Position numbers and translations under genes: made by a program. From the NCBI RefSeq assembly GCF_001194135.2, contig NC_068986.1:96865831-96903788 (forward strand): a DNA stretch of 37,958 nt. Reading direction: 5' to 3'. This document shows, piece after piece, positions 20,384 through 29,853 of this stretch. How positions within the stretch are numbered: the stretch's first letter is position 1; the number at the start of each line of letters is the position of its first letter. Under the pieces are notes generated by a model. It was given only the letters and a program-made list of their open reading frames with translations, did not search any database and was not told where the DNA came from. The DNA is from Octopus bimaculoides (taxonomy: Eukaryota).

Positions 20384-21400
20384 ATGCTAGAGACAGAAGA
20401 CAAACCTATCAGTAGATGTGATGGTTCGAATAACCCAGACCTAACTTTTAATAAACAGATTCATGATGGAGACAAAGTATACAAATGTGGAAATTGTGGT
20501 AAAGCATTTTCGAAAAGTTCCAACCTGTTGGATCATGAACGCATTCATACAGGTGAGAAACCGTATCGATGTGGAGTTTGTGGGAAGGCTTTTTCTCGAA
20601 ATAGTACTTTAACAGATCACACACGTATTCACACTGGAGAAAAGCCATACTCTTGTGAAATCTGTGGTAAAGCATTTTCAAGTAGCAGTAGTGTATCTGA
20701 TCATAAACGGATTCACTCAGGAGAAACACCATACTACTGTGAAATCTGTGGGAAGGGATTTGCATTTACTAGTAAGTTATCTCGTCATGTTCGTATTCAC
20801 ACAGGAGAAAAACCATATCATTGTGAATTTTGCGGTAAGGCATTTTCATGCAGAAGTACTTTACTATGTCATAAACGCATTCACACAGGAGAGAAACCGT
20901 ACCAATGTGAAATCTGTGGGAAAGGCTTTTCAGCTAGCAGTAAACTGTCTCTTCATGTACGCGTTCACACTGGAGAAAAACCATATTTTTGTGATATTTG
21001 TTGGAAAACATTTTCCCGTAGCAGTATGTTAACAGACCACAGGCGTGTTCACAATGGTGAAAAGCCATATCACTGTGAAATTTGTGGGAAATCATTTTCT
21101 TCTAATAGTAAATTCTCTTGTCACAAACGTGTTCATTCAGGAGAAAAACAATACCAGTGCAAAATCTGTGGTAAATCATTCTCTTTTAACAATCACCTAA
21201 CTGATCATATACGCATTCACACTGGGGAAAAGCCTTATCAGTGTGAGTTTTGTGGAAGAGTGTTTGCTTGTCGCAGTAACTTATCAGAACACAGACGTAT
21301 TCATACAGGAGAGAAACCCTTCTCTTGTGAATTTTGTGGTAAGGCATTTTCTAGGAATAGAAATTTAGCTCGTCATTATCGTATTCACACAGAAAAGTGA
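20384..21400 (+). CDS. C2H2 poly-zinc-finger protein ZF2, 11 fingers, 338 aa from the first ATG
   Basis: The ORF track starts at TTG 20360, but the first ATG is 20384 (MLETEDKP, matching ZF3 MLETEEKP). Eleven regular fingers with TGEKPY linkers. Confidence 0.93.
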   Translation: MLETEDKPISRCDGSNNPDLTFNKQIHDGDKVYKCGNCGKAFSKSSNLLDHERIHTGEKPYRCGVCGKAFSRNSTLTDHTRIHTGEKPYSCEICGKAFSSSSSVSDHKRIHSGETPYYCEICGKGFAFTSKLSRHVRIHTGEKPYHCEFCGKAFSCRSTLLCHKRIHTGEKPYQCEICGKGFSASSKLSLHVRVHTGEKPYFCDICWKTFSRSSMLTDHRRVHNGEKPYHCEICGKSFSSNSKFSCHKRVHSGEKQYQCKICGKSFSFNNHLTDHIRIHTGEKPYQCEFCGRVFACRSNLSEHRRIHTGEKPFSCEFCGKAFSRNRNLARHYRIHTEK

Positions 21401-22242
21401 CCATACCAGTATAAAACTTATAACAACAAATTAATCATAAGATCCTGTAGTTTATTTGAAATATTGAAGTAGTGGGATATTGTTATTAAAATATAAAAAA
21501 AGAATATCACCATAAAGCTAAAGAATTAGAAAAATAATCTTATTTAATGTTTCATCTTCAATTCTTCATCGTGTGTCTTCAGTATGGTTTATTACATCTT
21601 TATATCAAAACATCTTAGATTTGAAGAGGATGTTAACATTCTTGAATTTTGCAATTATGCATCTTGAATGTTAAAAAATTATTATGATTGTGTAAATATT
21701 ATTGGTTTCAATTATTAATATAAACAATTATATCATCAATGATATAATTGAGACTCTAGTAAACAGACAGAAAATATAACTAGTTACATGAAATTAACCT
21801 GGAAAGATTCTCAAATACACTTTCTCAAACACTATCTAATGTAAAACACAACTTCATTAATAAACTTTTGACCCAAATTTATATAAACATAAAAACTGAA
21901 TTCTTTGACAAGAGATTGGAACTAACTTTTATACAATGAATTACATTTTAAAATGAAATTTCAGTTTTAAGTAATACTTCCTAGAGCCATAGGTAATGCT
22001 AATTATGAGCACATCTGTTACTTATACAAATATCTTTACACTCTCCATCTACCAATAGTGAATTTGATGAGAAGCTGCATCACCTCAAGTTCATACTATT
22101 TGAAATGTTGAATAAACACTCTACTTGTAATTTTGAATAAATTATTCTGCCAAAACCTCTAATATTTCTCAAGTTTTTTGTATTTTGTCAGTTACAGACA
22201 CAATATTAAGATTTCTGTTTCTAATGCAGAAGCCATGTATTG

Positions 22243-22462
22243 TATGAGGGTGAGCTGAAAAGTTCCTGGCTTTGGGTAAAAGAAAATACAAGAAGATCAG
22301 TTAATTACGATTTTATTCAGCATATTCCCCGCCCAGATTCATACACTTATTGCAGTGGTCCTTCAGTTTTTCTAAGCCCTGTCAAAGAACTGGAAGGTTG
22401 GACCTCCAACCAGGCCTTTCATGATACCCTTAAAGCCAGATACTTTTCAACACACCCTCATA
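22243..22462. mobile_element. Tc1/mariner-type MITE (~220 bp)
   Basis: About 30-bp imperfect TIRs TAtgagggtgagctgaaaagttcctggcttt / aaagccagatacttttcaacacaccctcaTA, with TA at both ends. Confidence 0.85.
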
Positions 22463-23109
22463 TGATTGACCAAAATACTTATGCTAGTATAGCAGTGGAA
22501 CTCTTGAACAATACTGAGCTATAATGGTAAGTTACCAATGTATCAACTGTCTAACTTGAAAAGATATCTTCGATTGTAGGTACCTCTATAAAATGCTATA
22601 TCTAATTGTACTGCTAGTGTAATAAATACCACCTTCTTTATTAAAATTGAAACTTGAATTGAATTGTTATCTGCCATAACCTTGGCTTGACTTTATTCTT
22701 GGGAAATTAGATAGAAAAGAAGGAAAGCCCAAATTTTTAGGTTGTAGATTTAATCTGATAATTTATTTACTACCACTTGGCACCTTCAGTGCCATTATTA
22801 ACATTCACTCTGTTGTAGATATCATTCAATACATCTCTCCTTAATTTATTAATGAAGCTATCCTGTATCACTAATTTACTATCAGGAAAGAGTTTACTAG
22901 ACTCTCAAAAGTTTATGGGATTGATATCTTTTTTATTGCTTTATATTATAAAAGAAAGTAGAACCATGGACTTTGCAGGGTCTTTTAGACAAGATGAAGC
23001 CAATGTGGCTGTTATTTAGTTTGAACTTCTATATGTTGAAGTTTGTGCTCAGGGTGAGAGGTGTTTGAGAGTGTTGCATTCTAGGAAATGCTGGATCTGA
23101 GATGCATAC

Positions 23110-23145
<36 letters not shown>

Positions 23146-23150
23146 TCCCC

Positions 23151-23183
<33 letters not shown>
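23110..23183. repeat. (CT)n then (TA)n microsatellite
   Basis: Direct reading. The CT-to-TA junction may include the Helitron 5' TC end. Confidence 0.9.
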
Positions 23184-24729
23184 ACAATTAGAAAATGGAG
23201 GATAATATGCTGAACCCAACTACTTGCAGACGGTGTATCCCGTTGAATTCATTAATTTAATTCATAGCAAAAGTGACAAAGAAAGAACCAAAGCACAGGT
23301 GTCTATGGCAGACTATGTTATTTTGCCAACCTGGTTTACATATAGAAGTACAAAGTACATAAGAATTAGAGGATGACCTCTAATTCCTTATGTACTTTGT
23401 ACTATTCTTAACAGTATACGCCAACGTGATGGATGAATCTTCTTCCTCGATGCTCCTGGAGAGACAGGAAAAACATTTATTATGAAGCTTCTCCTTGCAA
23501 AGTTAGACAGCACTAGGACATCGTGGTAGCTCTGGCTTCCTCTGGTATTGCAGCTACTTTGTTACCCAGTGGCAGGACAGCACACTCGACTTTTAAACTC
23601 CCTCTCAATTTAGCAGCATCCGAGATGCAACATCATGCAACATCAGCAAAAGCTCAGATCAAGGGCAGATACTTAAAAGGTGTCATCTAATCGTCTGGGA
23701 TGAGTGCACCATGGCTCACGAGGGAGCTTTGGAAGTATTAGATAGAGCCCTGAAAGACATCCGAGACTGTCAGACTCAAATGGGAGGTGTAACGCTTCTG
23801 TTGTCAGGTGATTTCAGGCAAACTCTTCCTATCATTCTGAAAGACACTAGAGCAGATGAGGTCCAAGCATGCCTAAAGTCCTCTGCCCTGTGGCATCATG
23901 TTACCATCCTCAGTCTTACCACTAACATGAAAGCTCAGCTACACGGCGACCAAATGTCCGCAAAGCTTGCACGGACATTTTGACACTTGGTGATGACAAA
24001 GTGCCTCTCGACGCTGTAGGAGAAATGGAAGTGTGGCCATTTTCCTCTGTTGTTAATTCTGTGGATGAGCTCAAACACAAAGTCTTTCCCAACTTCACAG
24101 GAAACTACCAAAATTGGCTGTGTGAAAGAACAATATTAGCTCCCCCCAAAAACGTCGCTGTTAAAAAAATAAATCAACAACTAATGCGTTCTCTTCACAC
24201 TTACAAGTCTGTTGATACAATTCCAGATAAAAATGAAGTGGTGAACTATCCTCCAGAATTTCTCATATCGTTGGAGCCTCCTGGACTACGTCCCCATATA
24301 TTAGCACTTAAAGTTGGAACTCCTGTATGTATGTGTGTGTGTATCTGTATATATAGATATACATTTATTTATATATAATTATATCAAGCCCACTCTCTAT
24401 ATATGTAAATTACATGCAAATCACACAGACATATGTGTGTGTATGCATATACACCCCACGTTCGCCAGCGCGCATTTTGTTTCCATATTCGTTTACTACA
24501 TGTTGTTGTACACCTATTACACTATTAAAAAAAATATTTTTTGGCTGTGGTGAGACGACTCGAAACATTCACGATGTGAATTATTCGAGTCCTCTCCCCC
24601 ACCTCCGCTCGCGAACGCGCATTTTTTTTTTCATATTCGTTTAGCGCAAGTTGTTTTACACCTATTACACTATTTTTGTCTTTTCTTTGCTCGGGTCAAA
24701 CCCTTTAGTTTGACCACAATATCCGTTAG
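23165..24729 (+). mobile_element. Internally deleted Helitron carrying a PIF1-family helicase remnant
   Basis: About 23430-24330 reads FFLDAPGETGKTF, ASSGIAATLLPSGRTAHSTFKLPL, LIVWDECTM, GDFRQTLP and SLEPPGLRPHILALKVGTP, with frameshifts. Subterminal hairpin GGTCAAAC-ccttta-GTTTGACC (24694-24715) followed by ccgTTAG|T (24726-24730, a CTAG variant). The 5' end is tentative. Confidence 0.85.
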
Positions 24730-25064
24730 TTCCAAAACAATAATCACTAATTACATCTTCCTTACAAACATGTTACACGCGCTCGAATAAAAGATGGAAT
24801 TGTCACGGACGAGGCACCTTTTATAAGTTTGTAGAATGACAGCTAAACAACAACAACAATAATTTAAGATCTATTTTGTCATAAGGAATCGAGAACGTAT
24901 AGATTACACATGTCTGTGAAATTTTGAAGTTTCATTTTTATTCTCTTACTTGTTTCGTTTCGGCGATTCCATGATACCAGTTTGTATTTTCGCACGATGC
25001 ACTGATTTTCTCCGTTAGTTTGGTCTCTTTATCCCGTTGTCCGCATCACGTCAGAGATTGCGTA

Positions 25065-25232
25065 GCCTCAGATGAGCTGTGATTGAATAAACCCAGATCA
25101 AAGGTTTTCTAGTCATAACCATCACGTATATCTACATATTCTCTGATGTGTTCATTGTTTTAAGACGATAGGGAGTGATTGAAATATTAGCTGCTATTTC
25201 TAGCAACTTGAGCGACTACGTATAGGCTCTTT
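25065..25232 (+). repeat. Old interspersed repeat of unknown class, upstream of ZF3 exon 1
   Basis: gatcaaagg..c.ag....gacyatc and gctatttctagc....gagcgactacgta.aggctct blocks align with 33735-33968 (+) and 34645-34812 (-). Confidence 0.6.
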
Positions 25233-25259
25233 TTATGGAAAGGGGTGGTGATTTGTATA

Positions 25260-25380
25260 GGGTACATCGATAGAGAAATGATAGTTAGAGAATGTAATTT
25301 AAATGTTTAACGTGTTGAAGAGCAAGAAAAACAAATAAGATGAAAAAATTATGTTGAGGTAAGCTAACTATTGTTTGATA
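25260..25380 (+). promoter_or_regulatory. Putative non-coding exon 1 of ZF3, with donor at 25358/25359
   Basis: ttatgttgag|GTAAGctaactattgtttgat is near-identical to the ZF1 donor context. No ETS motif was seen upstream. Confidence 0.55.
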
Positions 25381-27319
25381 TATTCAATGTAAAATAGTTT
25401 ATTTTAATGGTTTGTGAAGAGCAGCGCTCATGTTTATTTGCAAGGTCTCAATGTCTAATGGAATGAAGTGTTGGAAGAAAGCATGGTTTATGAGGTTTCC
25501 TCGGACTTGGTCCAAGTGTTTATAACAGAACGAACTTCACTAAAAGCGCTACCTCGCTGAGTGGCGGTGTTTGGACGATGGATTAAGACCACCACCCAAT
25601 AATAAATATCAAAATAGTATCTCATACCATAGGTATGTTTAATAAACATATATTGACTGTAGAAACAAACCCCCATAGATTAAAAATCGCACAACTTTTC
25701 AGCAGCTCGAAATCCGCGTGTATGTGTGTTGGGAGGGGGTTAGAATTGATTGATCAGTTCCATTATTCGTTAAACTTGTCACTGTTTTCTAACTGCCGAA
25801 ATTATGAAGCCAAGTGCTACTTTATAGAAAATGTAAAAGTTATGAATAAATTATATTTACATATTTACACTTTAGCGAAAAAGAACCCAATTTACAAAAG
25901 TAAACAATAAGAAAATAGCAAAAAGACAGTTAATAAATAATTAAAATAGATGTATGCTCGCTCCCTCTATTGAACATCATTCTCATCACCAACCTTATAC
26001 GAGTGTTGCCAGATTAATGTCATAAGAAAGGTAGCACAATTTTTTTTCAAAAGAAACGACTGTATTAGTAACGCCAAATGAAAACTTTGTTTGTTTTGTG
26101 GCATAGGTCACCGTAATTCATTCAACGTAAAAAAAAAAAAAATTCCAATGATTCCGGGATGGGGGTCCGACCCCCTCACCTTTTTTTCCGAACAAAAATA
26201 AGGGATTTGTGACACATTTGGAGGTCAGGGTACTTGATTCCACGCAAAAAATCCGAGGTTGTTTTTTCTTAGTGAAACGCGTGCGAGTGCACTTACCAAA
26301 ATTTACTCCCTTTTCCTACCCACAGTGACATGGTGTTAGAATTTTTTTTTTTTTAATGGCTAGAGAGGTTGGTGAAAAATTGTTATGCAGAAGGACTTAC
26401 TCTTCTGTCAATAATATTGTGACTGCTTCCATCAAATGTTTGCAGTACTGGATACAGTGTAGCAAACTTGTCACAAGTTTTGGTCTCAAGATATTTTGTT
26501 TTTATTTTAATTAACACTGAGCATACTTTGGGTATGCTCAGTGTTTATTCTGCTCTATTAAAAAAAAAAAATAAAAAAGAATTGCTTTAACTGAAAATTA
26601 TAATAAAACTTAGCTAAAAACAGGACAAATGTGTGTACATGGGAACAGGGGCTCAAACTAGGAGAGGAATTACAAAAGTTAAACATAATTGCTGTAACAA
26701 TTTTTTCCAGCTTTTGTGATGAAATCTCATTGTTTTTCTTCTTTCTTTGACTTAAATGTTTAATTGAAGGCATTTTGTTAAGTAATTTCACTTAATTACT
26801 CTTCGTAAAAGGTTCTTTGTTTTCATTTTATTTCGTACATTTACACTGTATATTTTCCCCCTGATTCTATGTTTATAAGTATTCCCCTTCCTCTGTCACC
26901 TGTGCCTCCTGCTTATTATAAAGCTTGAGCAATGAAGAATTGCATCAGATCTGTTAGTATCTGATACTCCCACCCCTGCTCTCTATCTCCTACCAGCAAA
27001 TTTGTAACAGTTGTGTCTTTCTTCTGTCATGGTACCTGAGTAATGACAGATTGCATCTAATCCACTACCACCACCCCTTCACCGGTCTTCACTGCGTCTC
27101 CCTCAGGTATCCATCACTATTTCACCAAAGCCATCTTGACTACTCATCACTATTGCCTTCTCTTTTCAGCTAATGTTTCCTTTCTACATTGCTAGTCTCC
27201 ACTCCATCACATTATTAATATCCATCATCCTTTTACCATCAACTGTTTTATGAGTATCCATCATTCACTCTCTCCTCTTACTCTTTCCCCATTCCTGTCT
27301 CTCCCTTTGCTCCTAGCAT

Positions 27320-27324
<5 letters not shown>

Positions 27325-27365
<41 letters not shown>
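27325..27365. repeat. (CT)n microsatellite
   Basis: Direct reading. Confidence 0.95.
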
Positions 27366-27371
<6 letters not shown>

Positions 27372-27569
27372 TTTTCCACACTATCAACCCAATCACCCTG
27401 TTTGTCTCTTCATACTTCCACTTCTTTCTCCAATTCACTTTAGTTCATCTCCTACAACCACTCTCTCTTCAACCTACTCTGTTAGTCACATTGCTTCATA
27501 CAAAGACAATGTAGAGCAGTGAAGATGTCTTTTGACTTGCAGAGTACAAGGCAACTCCACCAGTTCTGG

Positions 27570-27876
27570 TACTGCAATAAAATGCTCACAGCACACTCTG
27601 TAAAGTGGTTGGTGAATGATGGACACAATGTAAGGACTGTAAGTGTTGTCTTGTGAAGGACATGACAACCTCTGGACATTCAGCTGTAGGAACTTAAAAA
27701 CATATGAGTGAGGCATAGTTCCCTGAACTAATACTCAAACTGACTCAAACTGTGATCACTTGTCCAACCCACAACAGCATGGAAAGAGAATGTAAAATAA
27801 TGATGATAATGGTGGTGATGATGATGATTATGCTGATGATGATGATTATGATGAGGATGATGATTATGATGAGTAT
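27570..27876 (+). mobile_element. Old RTE 3'-end copy with an expanded degenerate (ATG)n tail
   Basis: cacactctgtaaagtggttgg...cagctgtaggaac...tgtccaaccca..agcatggaaag, then (atg)n up to the gap. Confidence 0.55.
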
Positions 27877-28014
27877 NNNNNNNNNNNNNNNNNNNNNNNN
27901 NNNNNNNNNNNNNNNNNNNNNNNNNNNNNNNNNNNNNNNNNNNNNNNNNNNNNNNNNNNNNNNNNNNNNNNNNNNNNNNNNNNNNNNNNNNNNNNNNNNN
28001 NNNNNNNNNNNNNN

Positions 28015-28050
<36 letters not shown>

Positions 28051-28164
28051 GACTTTATACTGAACAGGTTTAGTATAAGTACTTAAAGTAGATGTTTTCC
28101 TTTAGATATCAGTTTGACAAAATAGAATAAATCCTAAAGGATTCCTGGTTCTCGTCATTGTCAT

Positions 28165-28420
28165 TGTTGTTGTTGTCATCATCATCATCATCATCATCAT
28201 CGTGATCATCATCATCTAATGTCTATTTTTCATGCTGGCATAGCCAAGAGGGTTTGACAGCAACTGGCAAGTCAGAAGATTGCACCAAGCTCTATTGTCT
28301 CTTTTGGCATGTTCTTCTATGGCTGGGTGACCTTCCTAATGCCAACCACTTTCCAGAGTGTACCAGGTGCTTTTTATGTGCTACTAGTAGCAGTGAGGTT
28401 AACAAGTAACCTGCAGGACA
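28165..28420 (-). mobile_element. Old RTE 3'-end copy, minus strand
   Basis: (cat)n followed by ttttcatgctggcat...ccttcctaatgccaaccact, the reverse complement of the RTE terminus. Confidence 0.65.
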
Positions 28421-28604
28421 AGATTCTTCAACTGGGTTGAGTAGTATTGAGGGACAGAGAAGATGTCTTGCATTAGAAGAGAAACATGACTACCTCAAAT
28501 GGAGAGAGAAAGAATAGTGAAAAATGGTGAAGATGAGAAGGTAGATGAGTTCATGAAAATATTAAGCATTTATGAAATATCTATTGAGGTGATTAACAAA
28601 CTGT

Positions 28605-28702
28605 CCATCAAATTGTTTGTCAGACTGTATGTCAAGTTGTTTGTCAATCAGTCTGTCAAAGTGTTTGTCAATTTATCAAGTTGCTTGTCAAACAATTTAT
28701 CA
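28605..28702. repeat. Degenerate 12-bp-period minisatellite
   Basis: Units tcaaattgtttg / tcagactgtatg / tcaagttgtttg / tcaatcagtctg / tcaaagtgtttg. Confidence 0.6.
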
Positions 28703-29010
28703 ACTCATTGAGGCAAACACACTCACCCTGCCACACAGATTTCTGTGTGTGTGTTGTCTCTGTATTTTTGTATTGGCAGGGCCTCTGAGATTTGTTGGAG
28801 GGAGAGAGGAAGGTATCTTCAAATCTGAGCTGTGACTCAAATTCTTGCAACAGAATAGATTCCACTAAGAGCAACCAAGGTGGCAGGAGGTGGAATTAAA
28901 CTGGGTGATACGCTAATTCTTTCACCCTTCTAGTCTATGACAAATCTATGTCCTGACCCACTATTGTCTTAAAAAGGAAGGATCCATTAAATGGTTTAAT
29001 TTTAAATACA

Positions 29011-29232
29011 CAGTAATCCCTCAACTATCATGGATGGTACGTTCCAAACCCCACTGCAATAGGTGAAAATCAGCGAAGTAGAAACAGTACCGTACTGTAT
29101 ATTTAAAAAAATATTTTTATAATTTGTATATATTTATTTTATTATAGATGAAAAACAACATGACGCAGGAATTGACGTAAGCTTAAATAATAAACCGCGA
29201 TAGGAGAACGGCGATATGGCAAGGGATTACTG
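29011..29232. mobile_element. pogo/Tigger-like MITE (222 bp)
   Basis: Perfect 11-bp TIR cagtaatccct / agggattactg with imperfect extension. TA follows the right end and CA (a probable mutated TA) precedes the left end. Confidence 0.8.
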
Positions 29233-29479
29233 TATTATGTCTGAAAGTAAGCCAGAATGGTCATAGTTTAAATGTCCTTGATCACTACTGCTCAGTCAGG
29301 GATGACTTAGAACTAAACAGCAGCAACATTACTAGTTTTGGAAGGTCCATGAGGGCTAAGGTCTGTCACCCACTTCCTTTAGCTAAATAATTAAGAAGAA
29401 TAAATTTGAAGTTTGTGTTAGAAATCTGTATAATTGAAATTAAAAATCTTTAGTGAAGATTCTTGATTCTTATATTCTC

Positions 29480-29853
29480 ATTAACATTTTTGTTTAATTT
29501 CAGGACAGATTATTGGAAAGTAAAATTAACCACAAGACATCGTCATAAACAGTATTACACCTGAAATTACCAAGTTACTTATCAAGTTCTATGAATGTAA
29601 TGATGCAGTGAAAAGCTGACATGTCTCAATTGAGAAGTCATTTTATAACAAGTAAAGCTTAAATTAATACAAACTTGTTCAAGAACACAAAAAGTCTGAC
29701 CATAGGAACATTTGGAAGCATTCTAAATTCAGTAAAGTCTGGTTCTGTTTAAGAAAATATGTTCCTCTGTAAAATTGTTGAAGGAATATTTGTTGTGAGG
29801 AAAACTTGTTTCATTGGAAAGGTTTTCTTAGAAAGGAAATAATTTGTTAGATA
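29480..29853 (+). other. 3' splice acceptor (AG at 29502-29503) and 5' leader of ZF3
   Basis: tttaatttcAG|gacag matches ZF2 ttttaattccAG|gacag. The aagaaaatat..ttgttgaa block is shared with the ZF1 and ZF2 leaders. Confidence 0.58.

Noticed and set aside
22500-23100. Faint RT-like wording on the minus strand (IYNRVNVNNG...)
   Set aside because: Too degenerate to recover ordered RT motifs by eye; it needs a translated profile search.
23711-24378. PIF1-like ORFs as a host DNA-repair helicase gene
   Set aside because: Frameshifts and stops, no introns, and a Helitron terminal hairpin downstream indicate a transposon remnant.
25995-26340. gagtgttgccag (and ggtgttgccagg at ~11082) resembling a hAT terminal repeat
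   Set aside because: No matching inverted end or 8-bp TSD could be found by eye.
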